From NCBI RefSeq assembly GCF_963853765.1, contig NC_088857.1:33046001-33110000 (forward strand): a stretch of 64,000 nt of DNA. Reading direction: 5' to 3'. The notes under the pieces are model-generated. The model searched no databases. It was not told where the DNA came from and saw only the letters and a list, made by a program, of their open reading frames with translations. This document shows, piece after piece, positions 12,781 through 26,639 of this stretch. The translations under genes and the position numbers were made by a program. Source of the DNA: Magallana gigas. Lineage: Eukaryota. Every line of letters begins with the position of its first letter. Position 1 is the stretch's first letter.

Positions 12781-12914
12781 CAGGCACGTAGTATCGTTTT
12801 TGAAAGTGGGGGGGGGGGGGGGCCAGACTCATCCAAAAAATCTTGACAAGCAAAAAAAAAAAAAAAAAAAAAAAAAAGGAAAATGTTGTTTCCCAAAATC
12901 TTCAAAATCCTAAT

Positions 12915-12950
<36 letters not shown>

Positions 12951-13157
12951 CTGACTGGCTTACTCTATAACTTCAATTTCACTACTCATTTCCTTATTTT
13001 CATATCAATTTTTTACATACTCCCAAAAAAGTGTGGGGGGGGGGCAACTCAATGATAATTCCATTTTTTATATGTAAATTTTAAAAAATTTGTTGCTGCG
13101 AGAAAAAGTGGGGGAGGGGGGGGGGGCAGGCCCCCCCCCCCCCATGCTTCGTGCCTG
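12781..13157. mobile_element. G/C-tract MITE with CAGGCACGTAGCAT-type TIRs
   Basis: CAGGCACGTAGTAT ... ATGCTTCGTGCCTG ends. Internal CTCATCCAAAAAA..TGACAAGC and CAAAATCCTAATCCG are shared with 63206-63378. Confidence 0.75.
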
Positions 13158-13888
13158 CCCCCCCCCCCCCCCCCCCCCTTCAAAAAAAAAGAATGTACAT
13201 ATCAGTATTTGAGGACAAGTCCTTTAATTTTGAACATTTAGAGAAAGATGCTTGAAGTTTTTAATGAAGATGTCTGACAATGATATGTTTAATTTATTAA
13301 ATCATACAAATAGAGCTCTTGATGCATATCCTACAGTTTGTCATTGAACATTTGCTCAGCAAATGGTGTCAGGCATCATTGGTTTATTTAGGGAAGAGAT
13401 TTATGAACTCACGTTATATGATGTTAATAATAACATATAATCTATTTGAGTAATGTTATTTCAAAATCATATTTCTCTCCCCCCCCCCCCACCCCCAAAG
13501 AAAAACTGCAAGCTTAGATAACAAAAAAGCAAACTGTGGTGTTTGTATGATTATAATTATTACTAAAGGTCAATTGGGCCGGAGTAGTTAATTCATCAAC
13601 AGTTTTTTTTCTTTCGAGAATTTGTTTATTGTTCAATAATAAAAAACACAACATCAAGTTATAAAGTCATTAAAAGATCACAGGCGTTTTTAAACAATGT
13701 ACATTTGTAGAGGCAGTTTTAAATAGTCCGAAAATAAAGAAAGTGTACTAGCATCACATATTTTATCAAGTGGGTGTTCCAGCACCGAATCACAGGAAGT
13801 AAATATACAAAAATATTGCAAATTCTTAATTTACTTTAAAAACTGTGTACCAAAAGTTCTCGTGCCATTGAATTTCGGGAGTTTCGCC

Positions 13889-13893
<5 letters not shown>

Positions 13894-13936
<43 letters not shown>
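13894..13936. repeat. (CT)n microsatellite
   Basis: Direct reading. Confidence 0.95.
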
Positions 13937-13942
<6 letters not shown>

Positions 13943-14265
13943 CAAGCTTAAGTAGATACATGTATTTTGTGTATAATGTTCATAGTAATAGCATTTGAAT
14001 AATGTAAATCAATTATTTAAACACAGTCTATGTTATAAGAAGAATCACAGCATTTGCAAAAATATCGATAATATAATAAAAATAAAAAGAGGCACCTTGT
14101 ATATGATTCAATAGATGAGTCGTAATGCAATTGTTCCAATAATCTATTTTTGTCATGTTTATATCTTAAGTTTGTTTAGTTTAATACCCAAATCGGCCAG
14201 TACATACCGGTATTGTACTCGAGTATATATTGACAACGGCGGTATAACTAATACTGCATATGCAC

Positions 14266-17200
14266 TTATCCATCGTCTTCTTCTTCCTCGTCCTCATCAG
14301 ATGACTCAGCTGGTTTCTCCCCGAACATATCTTCCCCTTCGTCCTCAATACTAGGCATGTCGCTGGACATAAGCTTTAAGATGACGATTTCTGGGATATC
14401 ATGCAGCCCGAAAGTGATCACGCGGCCGCTGTTAACAACGTGACAACAGGTTATTTTGGTGTCAGGTGAGAAAACTGCAAGTAAAACACCTCTTTCAATA
14501 TCCCACACAGAGATGTCGCCTGCGAAAACTACAGCACGAGTGTCATTATCGACGATAAAAATTTTGCTTAATTCATTAAATTCCAAACCATCGATGTTTT
14601 TGATTTTCCGAAGAGAAGGAGTTTTTTGTGGTTCCCATATGTGTATTTCTTTGTTTCCTTTTCCGATGATAACTTTCGAAGCATCTTCACTGATACCGAG
14701 AGCCATCACGTTGCTTTCATTCTTTAGTCGTTTCTTCACCACGCCTTCAAAGCAATCCCACAAGGTAACATAACTAGTTCTCTGCTCCTCGTCATAATTT
14801 GCCTGTACAAGGTAGTTCCCGGTGTGTGTTAGAGAGGCTACAAGCAAAGATAGCATAGACGTGTCACTCTCAAGAGTGGTCATATGCGTGTGATTTTCGA
14901 TGTCAAACACACACATGAAATGTGCAAAGAAAGATGCAACGGCGATATTCTGATCTCCACTGAGAAGGTACCTATCAATGCCACTGCTGCTGATCTCCTT
15001 CTTCAATTCTTCCACTCGTTGTCGCTCAATGTCAACAGCGGCATCTCTACGACGTTGTTTTGCAGACAAAGATTCTACACGGCGCTCCCATGGTGTCAGT
15101 TTGGCTGTATGACAGCGATCTTTTGCAAGCGACATTACGTCAGTTTCAGCTATCTTCTTTTCCAGATCCTTTAACATTGGTCGTATACGATGTTCCACTT
15201 GGCCGTTTTTTAAGTTCCAGATAACAAAGTGTGACCGGTTTTCAGAGAGTCCCAGCAGCATTTCATCCTTTAGCATGACGTACTCATGAGAAGGACATGG
15301 CGTTATAAAGCATTTCTTGATTTTCTTCACGAACTTTTTCTGAAGCAGGTCATAAATTAGGACGGTCTGAAAGACAGGGCGAGCGTTATCCTTGGCGTTT
15401 GCAATGCCTTTGTCAGTTAGAACAACTACTTTTGTGTCCCTCACCACAACAATATCGGATGAATCGGACAGACTACGTTCAATTCTGACCGCCGATTTCA
15501 GTTGTTTTGCTCTTGCTATGTTCCACACGCTGACGGGACCATTATTAAATTGGCGGGCCACTGCATATCGGGGGTTTTTAGTCATGGACATGATTTGATA
15601 AACACCAGACTGTTTCTTCAGTCTAGGCATTGACTGGTTAATTTTGCCTGTGAGATTCCATATGTTGAGCGTTTTATCGTTTCTACCTGCAGTAAGACAG
15701 TATTTGAAGTCTGCACATGCGCCTAGCACTGAAGCTCCAGCGTGACGAGCCAAATGTTTATGGTCTTCTGTTTCTATATTCCACACTGCTATGTCTGACG
15801 TGTTTGTTTCTTCGCTGGCACAAATAGCAATTGCATGTGATCCAATATAGTTAATGTGAAGGTCCTTGATTTTATCATGTATGCAACCTCGAACACTTCG
15901 TAAATACTTTCCTCTCTTCAAATCAAAAAGTTCCAGTTGGTATATTTCATGAAGTTGCATGTAATGCTGTCTGCAAGCCACGATGTAATAATCTCGGGAT
16001 ATACCTAGACTTATCACAGCTGAAGAATGGTCATTGCACTTCAGTGATAGAACCTGTTTTCCGTTCCGAACGTTGTTGACAAGCGCACAGTTGGCTCCCC
16101 TCGAGGCATGCAGGATCCGTTCATCAAACGAAAAGGGTGCAATCAGAGCGGAATTGTCTTTGTACACTCTGTGGTTTTCTGTGTGAGCCTCACTAATCAT
16201 CGGATAGCCCGCTTTGTTCAAGTTCCATGTTCGCAAAGTATTGTTCCCATCAAATAAGGCACATAGATACTTCCCTTCTCCTGCCATACCAATCACGGGC
16301 GGATCAGGGTACTTATCTACGCGTAACACGCGCTCTGAAAACCGAAGATTCCAGACCTGAATGACGTTTTCCTCCACGGTAATAACGAAAGCAACGTTAT
16401 ATCCAACACGTATTCTTGTGATGTTTGTGCCCACGTCATGAATGGTTTTCATCACTTTCCCAGTCCTCAGGTCCCACATTTTCATCGTGTTATCTTTAGA
16501 GGCAGTAAAGGCTTTTCCACCATCTGATGTAACTTCGACTGCTGTAATTGGATCCGTGTGCCCAGAGAGCAAATCGAATAAAATTCCTCCGGGTTCTGTC
16601 AGGCATCGAATGGATGGAATCAAAGCAGGAAGTGATGGTTCGTGAGCCTGTTTAAGTAAAGCGTGGATGTATGGATATCTTGGGGGGTCCCCGGGTGCTC
16701 TTGGTATGTCGTTAGCAATGATAGTCGCCAAACGCCCAACAATTTGAGATGCTAGCTGTCGTGGATCTTTTGATAGTGCCTTCGCTGAAAGTTGAATAAC
16801 ATCTGACATCATCTTCAGTTCAGAATCGGTTGGTTCTACCGATAATCCTGTTTGGTACTCTTCTACAAGAGACCGCAGTGATGTCCCACAGAGCTTTGCA
16901 TGAATCCATTCAAAATGGCAGAGAGATTCTGATTTGTACAGAGCTATTTGCTGTGAATTGAGAAGATGGTATGGCAATTCGTTCACCTTTCTCACATTGT
17001 AACTTCTATCAGATCCATCATGATTATTTTCGCATGGTTCGTAGTAAAATGGCTGCTTTGATACATAACGGAGGACTCCTTTCTCGCTACCCGTACACGG
17101 CTTTGGTTTCGACGCCCACACTCCCTGAAAATATTCAGCCATGACTTTGTGGTATGAAGGTGCTTTATCTCGGTTTTGAAGATACCGGTCATCTGCCGCT

Positions 17201-17858
17201 TGGTGAAACTGGGAATGCGCCCAAACATAGGTGATTACGCCATACGTTAGTGTTGGCGTAAGAAGATCGGATAAGTCTTCAAGTAGTCTAATCCATAAGA
17301 CGCTTGGACAACGCCGCTTTGATGGTCTATAATTAGCCATTACATCATCCATCACTGCCTCATCTAGTGAAAGAATATCCTCCATTTCAATGGAAGCAAT
17401 TCCTTCACGAGAAGCTGTAATGTACCCTAGCGCACGTCTCACTAATGGTTCACCATGTTTCGACTCAAGTTTTCCAAATTTTAATGCAGCCAATTTTGTA
17501 ATTGTTTCTGAAAGCTTGCAGTTTTCAATCTCCGTGAAGGATGACCATGATTTTGATTCCATGAATGCTAATTTGAGATAAAGAGGTAATGAGCATTTGT
17601 TGTAAGCTTTTATGATGACGTCAAATTGATGTTGCGTTAATTCACGATTGTCATGTTGCAACCAGTACTTAAGTATCGACTCTGCGTCTTCTTGTGGCAT
17701 ATTGGGAATCGCTAATGTGATATCTTTGTTTGATCCGTAGACTTTCATAAGGCCTGGAAAACTTTCAAATTGTTCTTCAGGGTTTGTTGTTATTATCATT
17801 TTGACGTTGTGTGGGAGTTCTTTTGGAAGCCAAGACATTTTGTGTCCTTCATGTTCGT
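14266..17858 (-). CDS. 3.6-kb terminal exon of the NWD-like gene (HD/WHD, helical region, WD40 propellers, acidic tail)
   Basis: 1190-aa ORF in the track; the acceptor at 17859-60 gives [12 protein letters not shown] in frame with the upstream exon. Confidence 0.92.
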
Positions 17859-20800
17859 CTGAAAGAAGAAATAGAGACGATGCAAAAACAGGTACATATC
17901 ATAACACGAATGTTGAAACTTCTTAACGTGTCTACCAGAAAAAACTTATCATGAACGTTTTTTCTTTCATGAACTTCACAAATGAAGAAAACTGTGACAT
18001 TTCTGTTCTTTCATTGACATTATTGGATATCAATGTTTCCTAATTTAGTACAAGTTTCGAGGACGATACGTAATTTCGTTGGTGATATGCCTTTCAATTA
18101 ATAAACTATGCTGACACATATCTAATTTTTTTAAATTGACTCAATGACAAAATCAACGATTTTAAAATAATCATTGGTGTTCATCGAATATATACATATA
18201 CATGTATATGGAATCAAATATATACAAATCCAAGGAAGATACATACCAGAAAGTTGGTCTACAGCGTCAAATATTAAAACTAACGGATCTGCTGTTGACG
18301 CATGGCCAAGTCTTTGGGCAAAGTCATTCACGAGTCCTTTGAATTCCTAGAATATTTAAAAAAAACCATGTTTACCTTTCAACCCTCTTTTCTGCATTAA
18401 AAAGGCTTATTATACATTGATTAATAATTTGTTGTTTGTTACCATTGGAACCTCCTCTGTTTTGCTTCCAAATATATGAGACATCTGTAAACATACACTA
18501 CGCAATAATGTTCGGACGTTTCTCGAGGCTGTTGTACGACCTACTGTCCTTATGATCACGTGGGATTTAATCCTAAAACCAAAAATAATAGACATAATTA
18601 CATTGTAGATACAATCTTTCATATTCGGGTTTTTGTGAACTATCAATAAATAAACTTACCCTTTGAACCATTTTTGAGTTTCGAGAGCTACTTTACAAGC
18701 AAGCGCCGTTTTACCACAGCCAGCTTTGCCATGTAAAATTAGAGGCAGACGACACTTTGACCGGATATACGATTTCACTGTTTGTAACAGTTCCCGTCTG
18801 CCTTGGAAATGCCGTCCTCTGTAAAAACAAAGAAGAGATATAGAAATAGTATCATAAAAATAAAATGGAAAATACACCTTAAAACAATTTAGTACCAAAT
18901 ACACAATTTTAGAGAGTCTGCATATGATATACCTTTCCTGACAAAGGGACACATGCTGTGAAATTTCCTGGTACAGTTTAGAAGTTGGGTCTATCTGCTG
19001 CACGTGTTCTGTGATGTGACAAGAAAACTCCCTTTTCAGCACCTCTAGTACTTGTTTGGACATCCGGTCTAGATAGAGGTGATGAGCACGGTTCTGTGCT
19101 GGCTGAACGCCTCCTTTGCTCCACTCGATCTCGTGGTTTAAGATGTGGTTATTATCCACCTATACAATGTAACATACATTAAAGATTCAATATACTAGTA
19201 GTTATACACCAAATTATTTTCAAATCAATATTGTCAGTTGAAGCATCAATATGATGTCTATTTTTATTCTTGAAAATTGTTCATACTTTTTCCGGAATGA
19301 TTTCCGTTTTCAGTTTTTGCATGTAAGATGTCTGAGGCTCGGACAACGTTTTGTCCTGTGTGGAACTTAAATCTGCGTAGTCGGCCATTGTCGAGTCTCC
19401 AAGATTACTTAGCAAGTCCGTAATGTTTCTATTGACAACAATGACGTCTTCCGTGACGTCGTCATTATTCAAGAGACATTGATCAAGTTCTTGTTCAAGG
19501 GCTGTAAAAGAAAATGAAACAAATTTGTTATCGAATTTGATAAAGGCATATTTATCTTTGATATTGATAAAGTACGAAAATATACGCCTGATGTAACTTA
19601 CAAGACGAAAAATAATTCTTTCTAGATTGTTCATCTTTGATGGCCAAATCCGCGAATTGATCCAAAAGTTTGCGTAGTTTTTGAACTGTTTCGTTCCACA
19701 TAATTCGACCTGATTCTCGTGTTCGTGCGTCCCCTCGGCTGTATTCCTTGATCACTGAGCTAAAATGACACATCAAAAAATGAAACTTCTGTTTCAAGAG
19801 TGGTTTTGACAATAAATCGATCGCGACATATCATATTCACACAAGAAAAAACTTTGTTCTTAACATATAAGCGGAAGCATTTTAGCTGACTAAGACGAAA
19901 ATATACTTTCGGTCAAGTAATCTTAATCTTACACTCAAATCTTAACCTTGTGTAGAAGGAAATTTTAAACACACCACCTTATGTTTTGGAGTCTGTACAC
20001 TGGCGGTAGACAATTCTCGTCCAGTTTATACCACTGACTAAGGAGATGAGGGCTTGGCATTGTTTCTTCTTTTACTTTCAGCGCTTTGATAATTTGTTGC
20101 TCCCTTTTGACCATGTCTGCCAAATTCCTGAACATATTAAGAGACTCCTTTCCCGTAGTTTCTTCCAGCTTAATGTTTAGATCCTGTGTTTTGAGGTGGT
20201 CCTTTTTTGTTACCTCCATAATCTGGCCTTCGGTGAGACCCTGTTGAATCTTCTTGTCGCGATCCTGTGACGCTGACTCGATTTCAGCGATTCTTTTTCT
20301 CATTTTGTCAACTTTCTGTTTCCATTCATGCAAGGACTGTTCGTGTATTGCGTGAAAATCGTCTACGGGAATCACAGACGGAAGAATGTAGGACCCATAC
20401 TTGTTTCCAAGAACGACCTACCATCAACAAACGTTAACAACGATAAGACGAGGACAATATAAATAACAGAAAAGTGTCTTTTACTAATTAACAATTCTCA
20501 ATTGTCAATGAGTCCATAGTCATGGACTCATTGACAATTAAGAACTGTTAATTAGTAAAAGACAAACGTTTTTTTATTTTTATTGTACTTGTGACGAGTG
20601 TCAAATGGCAAAGGTACTTTTATCATAGGAAGAATGTATAGAACGAATATATTTATAAACTGACCAATACGATCCCACCACTAGGTGACGTCTGACATTT
20701 CCGGAGGTAGTTAAGACACATGGACGGAAGGCTATGATCCTCTGTACTGTCGTCCCTAAGTCCCCAGTGTAGGTCGTGTATCTGGAGTTCAAACCCATGT

Positions 20801-23800
20801 TCTCGACAGTGCGTGCGCAGCTCCGGATATACTTTCTCTATAAAGGTGGATCTTTCTGCCTCAGTGTCTAAACAACAAAAAACCATTTGTTAATGATATA
20901 ACAAAAAAAGTTATGCTTTTGTTTAATATTCTGAATTTATACATACAGTAAATCAAAGCTATGACGAAGCCCCAAGGAAAAGCTATATAAATAAGTTGTA
21001 ATATAACCATATTTCGTTATATTCGATCTGATAAGATTTTGATATACAACAATATAATAATATTTTTATTAATATCAAATTATATACATTTGAGTGAGCT
21101 ATAACCCTGTTTTACTTTTAGATAATATACGGCAACAAAAAAATATTACACAATACATAATTATGTGAACATGTAAAATTGTTTTCTTTATTCTTGTATA
21201 GGCCAATCATGAATACTTGCCCGTGAAGCCAGCACTGACATATAGGGACACCGATTTACTCTCAGCTACACATGGAGGGTGAACGTCTCCTTTTAAGATG
21301 TCCGCCATGTTATCCGAATTCTCCCGCGCTTTGTGCCTTGTGATGGGTCTGAAAACAACGGGAGTCTGAACTGGGGAAACCTGCAATTCCCTGAAATTTT
21401 CGTTAACGTCCGGTTCTTCATTTGCAGCCACTTTTGATAACGTCATTAGCTCCTCATCACTTTCGTCTCCATCCGATAAATGTCCGTTCGTTGTTTCGTC
21501 ACTACCGTTAGCCACTTGGTCTTTGATTTCGGGTAATACTTGTTTAGCGGGAAAATCTCCATTCATTTCCCCGTCTTCCTGAGATTCGACTTGTTCTTTT
21601 TCACACTCGTCACTACTCAACAATTTTGATTTTCTAAATTGGTTTCTATACGGTATTTTTTCTCCTAATTCTGAGTATTTTGTAAATATGTTTTTGTCTT
21701 CCTTTTCGTTCTGTTGAAAATTGAAAAAAAAGTTATCAAATCAGTATGGGCAAAGCATGCGTTCAAAACTGCGTTTTTTCGGTATGCTTTTAATGCTTCT
21801 ATCAGACCATTAAAATAACTGGTAATCTTTAAAAGTAGTAATGTATCTTGTCCAATGTTTAACCCAAAATATTTCCATTTTGAATACTAGAAAATTGCAT
21901 AATAGTATTCTTTTAAATTGGCTGTTTTATTTATTATTTTCTCATCAATTTAAATACCTACCATTTTTCCGTTGGTCTTTGTCACTGATTCCTCTGTTTT
22001 CTTTTCTTCATCAGATTCGGCGTCAGTGCTTTGGTATTTGTCGTCAAGGCGTTTGTTCAACTTCCTCTGAATAAGTTAGTCTTAATGAGTATCATTATGC
22101 ATGTATCACCTGCTTCATATTAATTAGAACATGTCACTGTGAAAAAAAAAACATTTACCACTTTTTATTAAATATGATACATGCTAAAGAGTTAACTCGC
22201 GTTGTACTTACCCTCAAGTGAGTTACCACTTTACGGTCAATTTCAAAACTGACCCTCTTGTACTTTTTCTGCCAATGACTTTCTCCGGCCTAGAAAGAAT
22301 GACAAGTTTATCAGTATGTCATACTTAGGAACTTCAAGGTTTGGAAAGTGTTAATTTTTTTTATAACATTTTTTATAATGTCAAATGCAATAAACATGCG
22401 ATTTGTTCATTCAGAAAATAAAAAATAAACTTAATGATCAAAACGTTGAAGGATTGCAGTAGATTTTTTTTAATAAGAACAGATAAATTTGTTGTACCTC
22501 GTCCGGGTTTTGGAGGGACACAAACCCCCGGGGTGTCCGGTGGAACGTGGGCTCCCTCTCCATGGGAAGAGGCGGGAGAGCGTTGGCGCGTTTCCTTCCT
22601 TCATCTGCGGCCTGGAAAAAATGTACAGTCAAAGAAATGTTTCTTTATTTCAGATGGTTTTATTTTTCTTTGGATGATATTATCATTATGCATATGAATA
22701 TGAATGGGCCAACGAACCTGACAAAGCCATGCGATATATTTGCATGCTGAATTAAGTGTGTGATGGGACCTATAGGGTTATTGAATTATACTTTATATAA
22801 ATTCTGAGTTGCAGTGAATCATAACGAAGAAAAACAAAACTGTTTTATAGCGAGGAAATTAATGTGTTGTCATTGAATCCTGGAGATATTAACCAGTGTA
22901 TAGTAAAATGGAATTCTATACCCACTGTATCAATAGTATTGTTTACAAATACATCAGTCTGTATTGGATTGGCAAACATTCCCGAGCAGAAAAAGCAATT
23001 AGAAATATATCGTACAGGCAACATCCAAATAAATATAATATGTACCAAGAATTACTGACTGACCATTAGAGAGACGCTTTCTGTTTGACAATAGCTTGTG
23101 TACTTAGGAGGCCCTCTATGAGAGAACAATCGACTCGCGGGGTTCAATCAGCATCCATTACCAAGATTTGTCAATAGAAAAACTATTCTTGTGATTTGTT
23201 ACATTGATTTCATAAAACCAATGCATACAATAAAATTATAGATTCATACCGATTCTAAATCTCAGGAGCTTTAGAGAAGAGTTGCTTTGTAATAAGTAAT
23301 GCCACTTCTTCCAGATATAAATAACAACATGCCAAAGAATTAATTTGCAAATATTAAATATATGCATAGTCAGACAATTTTTTCTGTCAATTCCCCAACT
23401 GACCCTAAATTCTTTTACTTAACTATGAAATATCAGACCAGATAAACAGCAATATTCACCAAAGATATAGTGAAGTGTTCTTCACTGAAATGTGTTGTAT
23501 TTACATACAAACACAATTCACTGTGAAGGTGCTTGAACATTGTTGTTTTGATTTAGGCACTCTTAAAAGCAAGCAAACAGTATTGACACAAATCAAGCAG
23601 ACGACTCAGATTTCACACGTGATCTTCGGAACTTTACTGATGAGCCAATGGATGACGTCTTGACCCGGAATCATAAACTTTCTCTTTTTTAAGGGTATAA
23701 ACTTTTAAATTGAATGACAGATTTATGAGTTTGATGATTTTGTCTTTTGTTGTTTTTATCTGTGGTTTAAACACGAGTTTGGGCTTATCGAGATCAAAAT

Positions 23801-26595
23801 AAATACCTCAATCACATATTCTTAGTATTGTCGTCATGAGAAGGGGACACTTACTGATAAAAACCAAACATATTCTTACACTTAAAGTTAAACTAATAGT
23901 GAAGACCCGCGGACAACAATGCTGTGCCCTCCAGAGTCCCTTTAAAGATATTCTGAGGGAGTATTAAGTCCGCTTGCGTTTGCAGAATGGCATTTACCTG
24001 TTATTGAAAGTTTTAAAGAATGGGAAAATGGTTTTTCTACACCAAAGCATCTCTTGAAAATCTAATCAAGCGTGGTGGGTAATTACAATTTGGGAATATT
24101 TTGTTCAGGTCTTTGACACCATCCTTGTTTATAATAAATTGGAACACCGAGCCTTAGTAACATGTACCAAATAAGGAACTTCAAAGTTTGTACTCATAAA
24201 ACAACATTTGACCGATAAGAAAACCTACAAGGATTAATTAGTGTATAAAATTAAAAGAAAATAAATAAAAGTAACTAATGTAGGTATTAAATTCAATTAA
24301 ATACAAATTTGATCGACAGACGAGCGATGCTCTAAAGGCCAATGGATTTATTTGTTTCGAGGAAAAATCAGCGATACATGTATATAAAACGGTTTGAAAA
24401 TAAATTTTATACAATTATATATACAAGTATCGAAAGCGTAATTTTGGTGTATTCTTCTGTATTTTTATCGTTTTCTTCTATGACGATAAAAATTCGGTTG
24501 CTAATAACTAGCGTTTTAGATTTATTAAATTGCAAATGAAAATTAAACATTGATGGACACTACATATTAAAAAGATGTAGATTATAAATCGTTCTTACGA
24601 CTTCTGATTTGTCCGCTTAACACTAGTATCTAAATGATCATGTTACACGTAAAGTACTGTCAGATAAAATGAGGAAAAGATCATTTGAAACAAAAACAAC
24701 AAGAAAGATGAAATATAACGATCCTATTTATCTATTAGATCTCTTTGATTTTCAATGAGTAGTGATTTTATTACGATTATTTATCAGCTCCCAGAAAAAT
24801 GGAAATATCAAATTGTGAAAGTGTATCGAACTTGTCTGAAAGCAAACTTTTCCGGGTTTTTAATGTGTATACGATGAACGTTGTTTCTTGACTACATTAT
24901 AACGATGACCGGTGAAATGTTTAAGTAGGGTAGCTAGGATTGGGACTCGTGTGTCATTCGAGGCTCTGTGTGCTAATATTGATTTCTGCGGTGAAGCTAA
25001 TTTCGGGATGAGAAATTGATCTACTCCCGTAAATTATAAACCAAACATTGAGCCTCTACTGAAATTTTTGGTAAATGTTTTTATCACGAATCGATGGGTT
25101 TGCTCTTTGAAATCGAGAATGTTGTTAAAGTACTTGTTCTTCAAATCACGTGTATCTGGTATGCAAATTGTAAATCACTGGGGTTGTTTTTTTTTATTTT
25201 TGGAAAGTATTGAAAATTTATTTTGCTTTATTCTACAAAGTAAGTCCCAAAATCAAAAATGCTAAACTTTTATTTTATTACTTAGGACTTATTCTCCCAT
25301 TAATGATCAAATAAATGTAATGACTATGACAAACTATCGTATGTAATTTTGAAAGCAGTTTATCTTCCCGTATTCCGACTCTCATTCGAATAAATTGCTT
25401 TAATATTTCCCCAAGTCATTAGGTTGATAGGTTGATTGTCTGTAAAGATTCAACATTTTTGTAGAATACCCATTTTAAATTATTCATGCTCTAATACAAA
25501 TTTCTAATACCGCCGAAGACTTGCATGCACAAGCTAGGACTGACTTCACTGGGTCTGGAATTAACGTACACGTACTACCGGAGTGTGAAATTGCAACTTC
25601 GAGGTGGGCTTTTTAAAATGCAATTTTAAAAATAGGAAAATAAAATATAACGATTTCGGAACAGAACATCAAAGATTTTGCTCGTAAATTAAAGAATATG
25701 TGTTTTGGAATTTTCGAAAGAAAAACCTTTACCCATATTTATAATTGAATATGATGTAATTGCTCATTTACTCAACATGGAAAAAATGAATCATAATTGC
25801 AACCGTTGCTAGCATAAATATATATTAAGCATTTGATCTCCACAAAGTGAACTTTAACTTTAGAATATCATTTTCATGTAATTGCTTATTTGCTAGCTTT
25901 AAGGGATAGGGATGGTAATTATATCGACGGGGTCTTAGACAGTTTGAATAATCGAAGGAGGCGTATATGTTTTTAAGGGGATAATCCCTTCTTTGTCTGT
26001 TAAAAGAGAACCTTCCTATTCCTTTTAAAAGGAAAGTGTGACTTTTTTAAAAAAGATTTCTTTATATTGCATGCCAAGCCATCTATTTTTATACCGTTGA
26101 TGGAACGCATTAAGCCTTATTTAGTCTGTCGTACATGCAAAGACTTGTATTCAAATAAATATTCCTATTTTTAAGAAAAGATTGACCCATTCAAATAATA
26201 GAAATGATTATTTTCATAGAACTGAAAACCTCATCAAGAACACTCTTAAATGGAACACGAATGTGAAACGTGTTCATTTAGGCTTACATTTCACTTCTCT
26301 TTTTCTTTTAGTCAAATAATAAAATGAACATTGAAATACGCTGCCACTCCAATTCGAGCAAAACAAAATATTTTGAAAATGTATAGAAAGTTTCAACAGA
26401 AGGCTTTTTAATGGCCAGCTACTTTTGGATATATTGCACAATCCTAAATATACATGTCATTCGAAGAGAACAATGTTAATAAACGCAGCACTCTTTCATT
26501 AGCGGACTTGAAATTTGTCATTAATCGACTGAAATATTTTCATATTTAGAGATAATCATGAAAAAGATCTTAATCTACTTGTTCCATTACGACTA

Positions 26596-26639
<44 letters not shown>

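Noticed and set aside
14456-17581. Plus-strand ORFs overlapping the large NWD exon
   Set aside because: Antisense shadows of a long coding exon; no recognisable motifs.
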